DNA from: a virus
Lineage: Duplodnaviria; Caudoviricetes
Strand: one strand, 5' to 3'
Length of the DNA: 45,567 nt
Virus record (IMG/VR): IMGVR_UViG_3300037590_000052
Coordinates: 1-45,567 of that record
The position numbers and the translations under genes are program-made. The notes below the pieces were generated by a model, which was given only the letters and a program-made list of their open reading frames with translations, searched no databases and was not told where the DNA came from. This document shows positions 1-8,847 of this stretch, piece after piece. The number at the start of each line of letters is the position of its first letter. Positions within the stretch are counted from its first letter, which is position 1.

Positions 1-30
1 CAGACGCTCAACTCCCTCGGCTACCAAGTT
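1..30. repeat. Terminal 30-bp direct repeat, copy 1 (circular assembly overlap)
   Basis: CAGACGCTCAACTCCCTCGGCTACCAAGTT at 1-30 is identical to 45538-45567; the helicase frame is continuous across it. Confidence 0.95.
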
Positions 31-1260
31 TGGCGCACCCGGCTCGGCGGGCGTCGCATCTACACCTCGACCAACAAAATGTACGGCATCGTTTCAGACC
101 TCATCAACGCCGAACCGGGCGACGCCGCTCGGCAAGAACTTTTTGAGGACTTTGCCTACATCCTCCAAGCCTGCAACCACGCGAAGTCCGCAGGCCACCT
201 GCCCAACAAGTTCTTCGACCAGCAGGTTGCCGCCGGAGCCCGCGTTGATCGCATCCTGGATGACGAGGATTTGATCCTCTCCCTCGACGAGGAGGTGTCC
301 GGCCCCGTCAAGCGGTGTATCCTCAAAGCCCTCAACATTTCCGCCGAGCAGGCAATGGAAGGGCAGATGGATTTTAACGACCAAATCTTGATGCCCTCTC
401 TCTTCAAATGCATCTACCCCATCTACTCCCTCATCCTGATCGACGAGGCCCAGGACCTTTCCGCCCTCAACCACTTGATGCTCAAGCAACTCTATCGCCG
501 CCGCATCATCGCAGTGGGCGACCAGAACCAAGCCATCTACGCCTTTCGTGGCGCTTACGAGTCTGGCATGGAGGAGATGAAAAAAGCTTTCGACATGCAA
601 GAGCTCACCCTCTCCACCACCTACCGCTGTTCGACCTCCGTTGTCGATCACGTCAAATGGCGCACTCCCAACATGAAGGCAGCCGACAGTGCCCCCGAGG
701 GATCGGTCAAAACCTATGCCGCGTGGAGTGCCGACGACTTGCCCGAGAATTGCGCAGTCCTGTGCCGCAACAATGCCCCTCTACTCCGCGCCGCCGTTCG
801 CCTCATCCGTTCTGGACGCGCGCCAAAGGTCTGGGGGAACGACATCGCCAAAGGGCTTTTGAAGAACCTCAAGTCCCTCGGCCCGACCAACATGAAGCAG
901 GACTCCGCCATGCGGTCCCTTGACATCTGGCTCGAGACCCGGCTCAAAAAGGTAAAGCGCCCTGGCCCTACAAAGGACCAATACGAGTGCCTTAAAATCT
1001 TCATCGAAGGGCGCGAGACTTTGGCCGATGCGATCGACTACGCGGAGTATGTTTTCCGGTCCACGGGCCAGGTCGATCTTCTCACCTGCCACAAGTCGAA
1101 AGGCCATGAGTTCTCCGAAGTCTTTATCCTCGACGAGGACCTCATGTCCGAAGAAGGACAAGACCCAAACCTCCGCTACGTCGCTGCAACGCGGTCGAAG
1201 CTCAACCTTTACTACATCAAAACCGATGAGTATATCGGCCCCGACGGAGAAGCCGAATGA
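1..1260 (+). CDS. UvrD/Rep-like SF1 DNA helicase, C-terminal part (gene starts at 45277 and wraps; about 506 aa in total)
   Basis: SF1 motifs LIDEAQD, AVGDQNQAIYAFRGA, TYRC, LCRNN, TCHKSKGHEF, YVAATR; frame 1 is open from base 1 and joins the N-terminus carrying Walker A at 45277-45537. Confidence 0.92.
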   Translation, partial: QTLNSLGYQVWRTRLGGRRIYTSTNKMYGIVSDLINAEPGDAARQELFEDFAYILQACNHAKSAGHLPNKFFDQQVAAGARVDRILDDEDLILSLDEEVSGPVKRCILKALNISAEQAMEGQMDFNDQILMPSLFKCIYPIYSLILIDEAQDLSALNHLMLKQLYRRRIIAVGDQNQAIYAFRGAYESGMEEMKKAFDMQELTLSTTYRCSTSVVDHVKWRTPNMKAADSAPEGSVKTYAAWSADDLPENCAVLCRNNAPLLRAAVRLIRSGRAPKVWGNDIAKGLLKNLKSLGPTNMKQDSAMRSLDIWLETRLKKVKRPGPTKDQYECLKIFIEGRETLADAIDYAEYVFRSTGQVDLLTCHKSKGHEFSEVFILDEDLMSEEGQDPNLRYVAATRSKLNLYYIKTDEYIGPDGEAE

Positions 1261-1490
1261 GTGAGTTCCTAACATCTGGCTTGGTCCTTTGGGAGACCTA
1301 CGCGAAACCGTTACTCGCCGGGGCTTCTGTTCTCTTGGCCGTCCTGCTCTCCATGCTCGCAGCCAACCTTTACGACAAGGCGGCTAACAGTGTTTCCCGT
1401 CGCACGAGGATGGAGTACCTCGGGGCGGCGCAGGTCAGGATGCTGCAAGCCCTCTTCTACCTCGTCTTCTCGGTTGCCCTTTACCTCTAA
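1257..1490 (+). CDS. Small membrane protein (about 2 TM segments)
   Basis: ATGA overlap with the helicase stop; two hydrophobic stretches. Confidence 0.7.
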   Translation: MSEFLTSGLVLWETYAKPLLAGASVLLAVLLSMLAANLYDKAANSVSRRTRMEYLGAAQVRMLQALFYLVFSVALYL

Positions 1491-1499
1491 GGAGCTTTC

Positions 1500-1853
1500 A
1501 TGTTTATCCGCAAGAAAAAACACCTCGCCAAAGTCGCCGAGCTCGAAGCGCAAATCGAAAAGCTAGAGGCTAAAGCGGGGTATGATCCTATGATATACAC
1601 CGCCACCGAGTTCACCCCTGAGCTTTGCGACAGGCTAGAGAAAGAGATACTGGACAAGCTTTACACCCGCTTCGAAAAAGTCTTTTCGGATAGAGTGCTG
1701 AATATTGTTTTCGGAATACTCAAAAGAGAGCAGCCTATCTGTATTACGGGCAAAGCGGCTGACATCGTAGATGGTCCAGACCGCGCAGTCACCGCAACAG
1801 TTGTCCGCGTCGAGGCGTTCAAGGTAGGCTGTGAGTTTATGACTTACCGCTGA
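1500..1853 (+). CDS. Hypothetical protein
   Basis: AAGGAG RBS; 117 aa; N-terminal coiled-coil-like segment. Confidence 0.7.
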   Translation: MFIRKKKHLAKVAELEAQIEKLEAKAGYDPMIYTATEFTPELCDRLEKEILDKLYTRFEKVFSDRVLNIVFGILKREQPICITGKAADIVDGPDRAVTATVVRVEAFKVGCEFMTYR

Positions 1854-1858
1854 GCCTG

Positions 1859-1891
1859 ATATGGCCTATTGCCCCATGCAACGGGCCATAC
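1859..1891. promoter_or_regulatory. 33-bp dyad site, copy 1 (extra GCCATAC half-site at 1898-1904)
   Basis: ATATGGCCTATTGC-CCCAT-GCAACGGGCCATAC matches five other copies. Confidence 0.85.
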
Positions 1892-1922
1892 CAAAAAGCC
1901 ATACATTACTGCATGTCACCCC

Positions 1923-1951
1923 TTGCAACCCGCTTGCATTGCTGCTAGAAA
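1923..1951 (+). promoter_or_regulatory. Putative sigma70 promoter
   Basis: TTGCAA-N17-TAGAAA in intergenic DNA upstream of the gene at 2008. Confidence 0.55.
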
Positions 1952-2007
1952 GGTGACATCGAAACCGCAACATGATCTTGCACCACCATAGGCCAAAGGA
2001 GCCAACA

Positions 2008-2529
2008 ATGACCAAAACCCGCGACATCACAATTCAGGGCGTTATCTTCACCGTGTCCACCCCCTTCGAGGCAGGCCACGTCGTCACAGAAGCAGAAGCC
2101 GCCGCACTCAACCAGACCCGCTGCGAAAACATCCGCAACAACATGGCGACCAAAGTGAAGGCTGCGCAGAAAGAACTGCCCGAAGGCGAGACCGCGCTTT
2201 CCGAAGAAACCCTTGCCGAGCTGGCCGCAGAGGTTGCGGCTTATGATGCGGAATACGAGTTCTCCATGGCATCCGCTGGCGGCGGCTCGAAGCCGAAAGA
2301 CCCGATCGAGGCCGAGGCAGTCAAACTCGCCAAAGCAGCCATCGCCGGGCAGCTCAAGTCCAAGGGCACCACGGTCAAAGCTTACCTCGAGGTCGAAGGC
2401 AACAAAGCCAAGTACGACGAGGCAATCGCCAAGCTGGCCGCGCACCCAGACTATCTCAAGGCCGCGAAGAAAGCCGTTCAGGATCGCGAGAAGCTGGCGT
2501 CCGCGGGCATCGAGTCCCTCGCGCTGTAA
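2008..2529 (+). CDS. Hypothetical protein (Ala/Lys/Glu-rich, possibly DNA-binding)
   Basis: AAGGAG RBS before ATG 2008; strong codon bias; followed by a terminator. Confidence 0.8.
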   Translation: MTKTRDITIQGVIFTVSTPFEAGHVVTEAEAAALNQTRCENIRNNMATKVKAAQKELPEGETALSEETLAELAAEVAAYDAEYEFSMASAGGGSKPKDPIEAEAVKLAKAAIAGQLKSKGTTVKAYLEVEGNKAKYDEAIAKLAAHPDYLKAAKKAVQDREKLASAGIESLAL

Positions 2530-2555
2530 TCTTCAGCACCTGGCCTGAAACAAAC

Positions 2556-2588
2556 AACCGGGAAGTTTCCCCACAGCTTCCCGGTTTT
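2556..2588 (+). terminator. Rho-independent terminator
   Basis: AACCGGGAAG / CTTCCCGGTT stem followed by T residues. Confidence 0.65.
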
Positions 2589-2608
2589 CCTCTCCCGAAA
2601 GATTTCCC

Positions 2609-2851
2609 ATGGATCGCAGTGAACTTCTTGGATTATTGCTGAAAGCAGCGGGCACCGAATACGGCATCGTTGTTTCCACTAATGATCCCGACTTGCTACG
2701 CCGCAAACTCTACCCCCTTAAAAAGACGGACCCAGCATTCGAGCGCATCTGCCTCATCATCCACCCTAACGCCCCTGATAAGGAGCTAATCATCGGAGTA
2801 AAGCACAATGTCAACGCCGAAAGACCCGGACCTGGTGAAGAAAACACTTAA
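2609..2851 (+). CDS. Hypothetical protein
   Basis: 80-aa ORF in operon context. Confidence 0.65.
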   Translation: MDRSELLGLLLKAAGTEYGIVVSTNDPDLLRRKLYPLKKTDPAFERICLIIHPNAPDKELIIGVKHNVNAERPGPGEENT

Positions 2852-2996
2852 CATTCGCGAGGGCGATTTCGAGGCTATCGGCCAAATCACGAAGATGAAA
2901 CCGAGCATTGCGATCCGCAAAATTCTTTCAGCCTTCGTAGACAAACATGCTGTCCCCTCCGAAGTCCCCGACGTTCCTGAAACCTTTGACCTTTAA
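2808..2996 (+). CDS. Putative ribbon-helix-helix DNA-binding protein
   Basis: GGAG RBS; KKTLNI beta strand followed by two helices (SIAIRKILSAFV), an RHH-like pattern. Confidence 0.55.
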   Translation: MSTPKDPDLVKKTLNIREGDFEAIGQITKMKPSIAIRKILSAFVDKHAVPSEVPDVPETFDL

Positions 2997-3005
2997 GGAG
3001 GCCCC

Positions 3006-3257
3006 ATGCAGTCCAAGGACGAAGAGGTAGCGCCAGAAGAAGATACTCCAATCGCGGAGTTCTTTGCGCGCGACCCGTTCTCCCACACTGAGCAATCCCT
3101 TGACGCCATCATCAAGAAGTTGCGCAGCCAGCGGGAGCGCTTCAAGGCCGGTAACAAATCAGCCGGTTCCCCGAAACCCCCGACCAAGGCAGAGAAAGCC
3201 CGCCAAGCTGCAATGAAAATAGGCGGCGATGATCTGCTCGGTTCCCTTGACCTCTAA
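3006..3257 (+). CDS. Hypothetical protein
   Basis: AAGGAGG RBS; 83 aa. Confidence 0.75.
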   Translation: MQSKDEEVAPEEDTPIAEFFARDPFSHTEQSLDAIIKKLRSQRERFKAGNKSAGSPKPPTKAEKARQAAMKIGGDDLLGSLDL

Positions 3258-3267
3258 GGAGTTCCCA

Positions 3268-3681
3268 ATGCACCCTTCGAAAATTGTATTCCTCATCAAC
3301 GATGACGTGACTGCGTTCACCGGCGTCTACGACCCGCAGGCTACGAACGAAAAGCCTCGCATGTTCAAGACTATGATCCCCGACCTCGCTGTTGGCGATA
3401 TGGTTGTCGTCCAGTCCGAAGCGCGCCATGGCTTTTCCGTCGTCTCGGTCAAGGAGCTCAATGTCGAGCCGGACATCGAGTCCTCGGAAGAAATCCGTTG
3501 GGCTTTCCACAAGATCGAACAGGCCGCCATCAAAGAGTTGACCGATATGGAAGCCGCCGCCATCACGCAGGTCCAGATCGCTGAGCGCAAGCGCCGCAAG
3601 GAAAAACTCCGCGAGGCCATGTTCGGCGGACAGGAAGATGTCCTTGAGAATTTGAAACTCGTCAACCACACCGACGGGTAA
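3268..3681 (+). CDS. Hypothetical protein
   Basis: AAGGAG RBS before ATG 3268; 137 aa. Confidence 0.75.
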   Translation: MHPSKIVFLINDDVTAFTGVYDPQATNEKPRMFKTMIPDLAVGDMVVVQSEARHGFSVVSVKELNVEPDIESSEEIRWAFHKIEQAAIKELTDMEAAAITQVQIAERKRRKEKLREAMFGGQEDVLENLKLVNHTDG

Positions 3682-3860
3682 CACCACCGACTCGCTGGCG
3701 TATCCCTTTTCCCTTGTCCCCAGGGGCGCGCCGAGGCGCGAATTTTCCTCCGAAAATTCGCGGGCTTTCTTCTTACGAAGGAAAAAGAACGGGGAAAACA
3801 GGCAGCAAGCACGGGGCTTGAGGGTGAAGTAGACCTGCCTGTTTTCCCGTTAATAACTTC
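3682..3860. ncRNA. Candidate structured non-coding RNA or cis-element
   Basis: Gene-free ~180 nt with consecutive hairpins, including a perfect 11-bp stem at 3737-3762 and an ~17-bp stem at 3788-3805/3835-3851. Confidence 0.45.
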
Positions 3861-3877
3861 CAGATAGGAATGTTCCC

Positions 3878-4051
3878 ATGGCAACATGCCGAAAGTGTGG
3901 CAACAACAAACCCACGCGACGAGGTGCTGGCAATTTCTTCTGCCAACACTGCGGCCAATTCATCGGCCCGAAACCGTACACCAACCCGCTATGCAGAGCC
4001 GGGTATACTTTACCGAAACCCCTTGCTGAAGAAAGCGCCTCCAATGACTGA
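3878..4051 (+). CDS. Small zinc-ribbon protein (57 aa; not in the ORF track)
   Basis: MATCRKCG...FFCQHCG has two CxxC pairs; AGGA RBS; overlaps the nuclease start. Confidence 0.7.
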   Translation: MATCRKCGNNKPTRRGAGNFFCQHCGQFIGPKPYTNPLCRAGYTLPKPLAEESASND

Positions 4052-5018
4052 ACTTCTTTCCTTCGACGAGAACGGCGTCCAGTTCGCTTGGGACTCCACA
4101 TCCATTTCCAATTATGCCCGCTGCCCCCGGTATTACAAATTCGTAAACATCGAAGGCTGGCAGCCGGTTGACAAATCCGTTCACCTGCTTTTCGGCGGAT
4201 GGTACGCGAAGGCGCTCGAGGAATACTATGTCCTCACTTGCAAGCAAGACTTCACCTCCGAGGAAGCCTTGCGCGAAGTTGTTCGCCGCGCCCTCATCCG
4301 CACATGGGTATTCCCGCACGAGGAAGAAATCGAATTTGAGGAAGGTCTCTTCTCCCCTGGCATGCCCCCTCTTCGTGGCGAGCCCGGCCCTTGGCAGTCC
4401 CTCCACAACGCAAAGACTCGCGAGACCTTGATCCGCTCGATCGTATGGTATCTCACCGAGTTCGGTCCGAACGACAACACCGACGTTGTTACTGTGGACG
4501 ACCAGCCTGCTGTTGAACTCTCCTTCTCAATTCCGCTCACCGATGCCATCATGTACTGCGGGCACATCGACCGCCTTGTAGAGTTCGGCGGCGACGTTTA
4601 CGCCATGGACCAAAAGACATCGGGCGCGACTATCTCGAAAAACTTCTTCAAAGGTTTCGATCCCGACTTCCAGATGTCAGGCTATTCCTTTGCCGGTTCG
4701 ATCCTTTTCGGGCAGGCTATCTCCGGCGTTATCATCGACGCGGCGCAGATTGCGGTAGGCTTCACCGAGTTCTCTCGCGGCTTCGTCCATAAGGCAAAAC
4801 CGAACCTCGAAGAGTGGCGCGAGAATGTGATCGCCTTGATCGAGCGCGCGCAGGAAGATACCCGCAAAGACACCTTCCTCCCCAACTATACCGCGTGCGA
4901 TAAGTACGGCGGCTGCACGTTCCGCAAGGTTTGCTCTCGCATCCCGCAGCACCGGAAGAACGCACTCGCCGCCGACTTTATCCAGGCCCCACGTTGGGAC
5001 CCCCTCAAGCAGAGGTAA
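4044..5018 (+). CDS. Cas4-like/RecB-family PD-(D/E)XK exonuclease with Fe-S cysteines
   Basis: N-terminal CPR, VE...GHIDRL...DQKTS, QMSGY, C-terminal CDKYGGCTFRKVC; ATG 4044 is preferred over 3870. Confidence 0.85.
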   Translation: MTELLSFDENGVQFAWDSTSISNYARCPRYYKFVNIEGWQPVDKSVHLLFGGWYAKALEEYYVLTCKQDFTSEEALREVVRRALIRTWVFPHEEEIEFEEGLFSPGMPPLRGEPGPWQSLHNAKTRETLIRSIVWYLTEFGPNDNTDVVTVDDQPAVELSFSIPLTDAIMYCGHIDRLVEFGGDVYAMDQKTSGATISKNFFKGFDPDFQMSGYSFAGSILFGQAISGVIIDAAQIAVGFTEFSRGFVHKAKPNLEEWRENVIALIERAQEDTRKDTFLPNYTACDKYGGCTFRKVCSRIPQHRKNALAADFIQAPRWDPLKQR

Positions 5019-5022
5019 ACCT

Positions 5023-5226
5023 ATGCCAAGCAACTCGAATAAATCCATTCTTTGCAAGGTACACAACTGGAATATCTTCATGGTACGAGGGGCAAAGGCG
5101 GCTTTCGGAAATGTTAGTTCTTCCGTAACTGCTACCGAAGAGGCCCGCAAACTTGCCGCAGATATTGAGGCAAAGACTGACCGGTTGATTGAACTACTCC
5201 AGAAAAGGAACTACCCCAATGGCTAA
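5023..5226 (+). CDS. Hypothetical protein
   Basis: GAGG RBS; 67 aa; fills the gap between the nuclease and the ATPase. Confidence 0.6.
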   Translation: MPSNSNKSILCKVHNWNIFMVRGAKAAFGNVSSSVTATEEARKLAADIEAKTDRLIELLQKRNYPNG

Positions 5227-6016
5227 AGCCTCTGAACAAGAGTCCGACAAATTCTTCCGCACCCTTTTCGTAGGGGATTCGGGCACCGGTAAGACTGGCG
5301 CACTTCTTTCCCTCATCATGGCGGGCTATGACATCCGCATGCTCGACTTTGACAACGGCCACGAGACCCTCGTCCAGCTCATCAAAAAGCATTGTCCCGA
5401 GCGCCTCGACCAGTTCGACTATATCGTCCTCCGGGACAAGTACCAGTCCCACCCGACCCAAGGCATCGGCCTCCTTGGTCCCGCCACTGCCTACACCAAG
5501 GGCATCAAGTTTATGAACAAATGGGATGATGGCTCTAAGCCTGCCGAGTGGGGGCCGAATACCGTCTTTGTCTTGGACACCCTTACCTCCTTTGGCCGAG
5601 CGGCTTTCATGTGGGCAAAATCCCTCAACCCCAATTCGAAAGACCCGCGCCAGTGGTACGGTGTCGCCCAGGAGTCGCTCAAGACTTTCCTTGATCTTGT
5701 GACCTCGGAAGAATTCCAGTGCCACGTTATCATTTCGTCGCACCTTCAGCTGATCGAACCCGAGAACGGCCCGACTAAATTGCAGGTTACATCCGTGGGC
5801 AAAGCGCTCGGCGGCGACATCCCCAAGGTATTCAACAATCTCCTTTACGCCAGCAAGTCGGGAACCGGCGACAACCTCAAGCGCGTGATCGAGACCCGTC
5901 CCAACCCACAGCTCGACGTCAAGACAGTTGCCCCTTGGCTGGTTGACAAAAAGCTACCCCTCGAAACCGGCCTTGCAACTATCTTCGAGGCATTCCTTGA
6001 AAGGACACCAGCGTGA
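5219..6016 (+). CDS. Sak4-like (RecA-fold, AAA_24) ATPase, probable single-strand annealing protein
   Basis: Walker A GDSGTGKT, LDFDNG, Walker B FVLDT; sits between a nuclease and an SSB-like gene. Confidence 0.8.
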   Translation: MAKASEQESDKFFRTLFVGDSGTGKTGALLSLIMAGYDIRMLDFDNGHETLVQLIKKHCPERLDQFDYIVLRDKYQSHPTQGIGLLGPATAYTKGIKFMNKWDDGSKPAEWGPNTVFVLDTLTSFGRAAFMWAKSLNPNSKDPRQWYGVAQESLKTFLDLVTSEEFQCHVIISSHLQLIEPENGPTKLQVTSVGKALGGDIPKVFNNLLYASKSGTGDNLKRVIETRPNPQLDVKTVAPWLVDKKLPLETGLATIFEAFLERTPA

Positions 6017-6648
6017 TTACTATTGTATCCGACACCGAGACCACAGGCACACCCCCGAAAGATGGGCGTGGTTTGCTGTGCGACATGCCTTGGATCATCC
6101 AGCTCGCGGGTATCACCTACAACCAGCAGCGCCCGGTTGGACATTTCTCTTCCATGATCCGTCCCGCCCTTCCCGGCCTACCCGAGGCCGAAATCCCCCG
6201 CCCGTACACCGACAAGAACGGCAAGCTGAAAGACGAGTTCTGGCAGAAGAACAAACTCCTCAAAGAGGACATCGAGCCCGCTTGGTTCGAGACCGAGCTC
6301 GCCATGAAGATTTTCAACCAATACCTTCGCAAAGCTGACCGCATCGTTTTCCACAACGCGCGTTTCGACGTCGCTCGCATTGCGAACACCTTTGAGCGCA
6401 TGGGCATTGTTTCCGAAGAATGGAAGGCCATTCCGAAGTACTGCACCATGCTCACACTTGAGCCGATCCTGAAACTTCCAAGCAAGTTTGGACGCGGTTA
6501 CAAGTGGCCCTCACTCGACGAGGCATACCGCGCCCTTGTCGATGAAGATGGGTTCGAGGACGCCCACGACGCTATGGCCGACGTACAGGCCTGCGCCAAA
6601 GTTCTCTTCGCGATCGAAGAACTCGGCTACGAGCTCGTTCGCGTTTAA
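6013..6648 (+). CDS. DEDDh 3'-5' exonuclease (DnaQ-like)
   Basis: DTETTG, HNARFD, YCTM, HDAMADV motifs; GTG start. Confidence 0.9.
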   Translation: MITIVSDTETTGTPPKDGRGLLCDMPWIIQLAGITYNQQRPVGHFSSMIRPALPGLPEAEIPRPYTDKNGKLKDEFWQKNKLLKEDIEPAWFETELAMKIFNQYLRKADRIVFHNARFDVARIANTFERMGIVSEEWKAIPKYCTMLTLEPILKLPSKFGRGYKWPSLDEAYRALVDEDGFEDAHDAMADVQACAKVLFAIEELGYELVRV

Positions 6649-6690
6649 CCCGCAGACTTCTGCAACACAACCAACCTATAGGAGATAACC

Positions 6691-7161
6691 ATGGTTGATT
6701 TTCTCGAAGCCCTTGACCAGAAAGCCGACGATCAGGAAAAGCCCAAAGACCCGCCGCAGGGGACTTACATCTGGGTTGTGTCCAAGGAGCCCTCGATCAC
6801 CCGCACCGGCAACGGCGAGTGGGACGTCGTTGAGTTCCCGATCAAAGCGGTTGCCGCTGAAGAAGATGTGGACGCGGACTCCCTCGAAGAGTATGGTCCC
6901 GTTGACGGTATCCGCAGCCGCATTTCTTTCTTGTCCCCGACTGCCGAGGACCAGGACAACGACCGGAAACGCACCCTCGACCAGATCAACAAGTTCATGG
7001 AACGCACACTGCTGCTCGATGACTTCGATACCATGACCACTCGCGAGGCAATGTCGGCTTCCGTGAACCACCAGTTCATGGGCCAGCTGGTTTGGGAGCC
7101 CCGCAAAGACGACCCGGAAATCATCCAGGTTCGCGTGAAAAACTGGGCACCGATGGACTAA
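6691..7161 (+). CDS. Putative single-stranded DNA-binding protein (DUF669-like)
   Basis: AGGAG RBS; PPQGTY N-terminal motif; acidic; located in the Sak4 module. Confidence 0.6.
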   Translation: MVDFLEALDQKADDQEKPKDPPQGTYIWVVSKEPSITRTGNGEWDVVEFPIKAVAAEEDVDADSLEEYGPVDGIRSRISFLSPTAEDQDNDRKRTLDQINKFMERTLLLDDFDTMTTREAMSASVNHQFMGQLVWEPRKDDPEIIQVRVKNWAPMD

Positions 7162-7186
7162 CCTCCCGATCTATTTGTGCTTAGTT

Positions 7187-7210
7187 GGGAGGGGGCTTCG
7201 GTCCCCTCTC
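7187..7210 (+). terminator. GC-rich hairpin with TTCG loop (terminator or processing site)
   Basis: GGGAGGGGGC-TTCG-GTCCCCTCTC; no clear U-tract. Confidence 0.45.
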
Positions 7211-7241
7211 GCTGTATCTAACCGCCTTCGCGAGATAAGAA

Positions 7242-8654
7242 ATGACAACCAAACTCATCCCCATTTCCGCCATCACCGTAGCCTCCGCCGTACGCCAGCG
7301 TAAAGATGTAGGCAATGTTTCCGAGTTGTGCGCAAGCCTGTCTCGCACCGGGCAGATCAACCCAATCACCGTTACCCCCGACCTCGTTCTTATCGCCGGT
7401 GAGCGCCGCCTTACTGCCGCGACTGAGCTCGGTTGGGATATGATTAACGCCACCATCCGTGACGAAGAGCCGACCGAAAAGCAGCGCCTCGTCGAGTTGG
7501 AAGAAAACCTTTCCCGCGAAGAGTTGCCGTGGAAGGACCACTGCCTTGCGGTCCATGACCTTCACCAACTTCTTTCCGAGCGGGGCAACTGGTCCTACGG
7601 CAAGACCGCAAAATTCACCGGGCAGTCTACCTCCGAAATTTCCCGCCGCCTTATGGTAGCGGACGCACTCCTTGCTGGCGACGAGTTTACATGCAGCGCC
7701 GACCGCTATTCCGTTGCGGTCAATTACCTCACCCGGAAAAAGGAGCGCGAAGATGCAGCCGCCGAAACCGAACTTGATCAGCTATTGGGAGCTACTTCGG
7801 CACCAGATGTCGGAGCGGATATTCTTGCCGACCTCACAGGAGTTGATAAAGGAGTTAGTCCTGTTCGGGAAGGTGACGCTACAGTACCCGAGCGGAAATC
7901 GGCTGGTGTTTCTAATGCCGTACCCGTATCCAGTGTTTCAAAAACGACTGATCCCCTTGCGGGAGATGTACCTATCCTGCATGGAGATTTCCACTCTTTC
8001 GCTGAAACCTACACCGGCCCTAAGTTTAACTTCCTCCATTGTGACTTCCCCTACGGCATCAACGTCCAGAAGCACAACGGCTCTGGTACGTCGTTCGAGT
8101 CTTACGAAGATAGTCGAGATGTTTACTTCGACCTCCTCGAAACCCTTGCGAAGTTTACCGCCAACCACGTCGCCGAGTCCGCCCATCTTATGTTCTGGTA
8201 CGCTTTCAAATTTCACCGAGAGACTGAAGATGCGCTCCGGGATATGGGATGGACATTGCACGAGCGCCCTCTCATCTGGCATCGTTCCGACAACTCGGGC
8301 GTCCTTCCCGACCCCAAGCGAGGTCCGCGGTGGGTATACGAAACCGCAATCATGGCTTCCCGAGGGGACCGTCCAGTCGTTCAAGCGGTGAGCAACTGCA
8401 TCCCGCACCCGAACACCAAGGAGGTTCACAAGTCCGAGAAGCCGATCAACATGCTGCACCATTTCTTTCGCATGTTTGTTGATAGCTCGACCCGGATGCT
8501 TGACCCGACAGCCGGTTCGGGCAATGCCATCTACACCGCCGAGGCTATGGGTGCTAAGTCTGTACTTGGTCTCGAGCGCGACGAGGGTTTCCACAAGGCT
8601 GCGGTCGCCCACTACCTGAAGCAAAAAGCAATGTTTGATAAAGTGGAGGTTTGA
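7242..8654 (+). CDS. ParB-like CTPase/HTH fused to a beta-class N6A/N4C DNA methyltransferase
   Basis: ParB motifs LIAGERRLTA and ENLSRE; HTH WSYGKTAKFTGQSTSEISRRL; MTase motif IV CDFPYG, HKSEKP, motif I LDPTAGSG. Confidence 0.88.
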   Translation: MTTKLIPISAITVASAVRQRKDVGNVSELCASLSRTGQINPITVTPDLVLIAGERRLTAATELGWDMINATIRDEEPTEKQRLVELEENLSREELPWKDHCLAVHDLHQLLSERGNWSYGKTAKFTGQSTSEISRRLMVADALLAGDEFTCSADRYSVAVNYLTRKKEREDAAAETELDQLLGATSAPDVGADILADLTGVDKGVSPVREGDATVPERKSAGVSNAVPVSSVSKTTDPLAGDVPILHGDFHSFAETYTGPKFNFLHCDFPYGINVQKHNGSGTSFESYEDSRDVYFDLLETLAKFTANHVAESAHLMFWYAFKFHRETEDALRDMGWTLHERPLIWHRSDNSGVLPDPKRGPRWVYETAIMASRGDRPVVQAVSNCIPHPNTKEVHKSEKPINMLHHFFRMFVDSSTRMLDPTAGSGNAIYTAEAMGAKSVLGLERDEGFHKAAVAHYLKQKAMFDKVEV

Positions 8655-8686
8655 TATGGCCCGTCCCGAAACGCAACAAGCCATAC
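8654..8686. promoter_or_regulatory. 33-bp dyad site, copy 2
   Basis: ATATGGCCCGTCCC-GAAAC-GCAACAAGCCATAC; overlaps the MTase stop and the next start codon. Confidence 0.85.
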
Positions 8687-8847
8687 CTAACTCATACATG
8701 GCCCGCGGGTGGCAGCCCGGCACCGGCAAATGGGTTACTGTCTACGGATACTCCCGCGAAGAGGTTAAGGCAAAACTCCTTGCCCAGCCCTATCCCGTCG
8801 AGAACCCACAATACTACGGCCCTGTCGAGGGAGGTATCAAGGAATGA
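8656..8847 (+). CDS. Hypothetical protein
   Basis: GGAGGT RBS before ATG 8656; 63 aa. Confidence 0.65.
   Translation: MARPETQQAIPNSYMARGWQPGTGKWVTVYGYSREEVKAKLLAQPYPVENPQYYGPVEGGIKE

Noticed and set aside
1-30. 30-bp repeat as the physical terminal repeat or an att site
   Set aside because: It lies in the middle of the helicase gene and looks like an assembler overlap; no integrase is present
1859-1891. Dyad TGGC..TTGC read as a sigma54 -24/-12 promoter
   Set aside because: GG and GC are 6 nt apart instead of the required 10, and the motif is palindromic
4044-5018. Cas4-like nuclease as a sign of CRISPR-Cas
   Set aside because: No repeat-spacer array or other cas genes; the context (Sak4-like ATPase, SSB) is an ordinary phage recombination module
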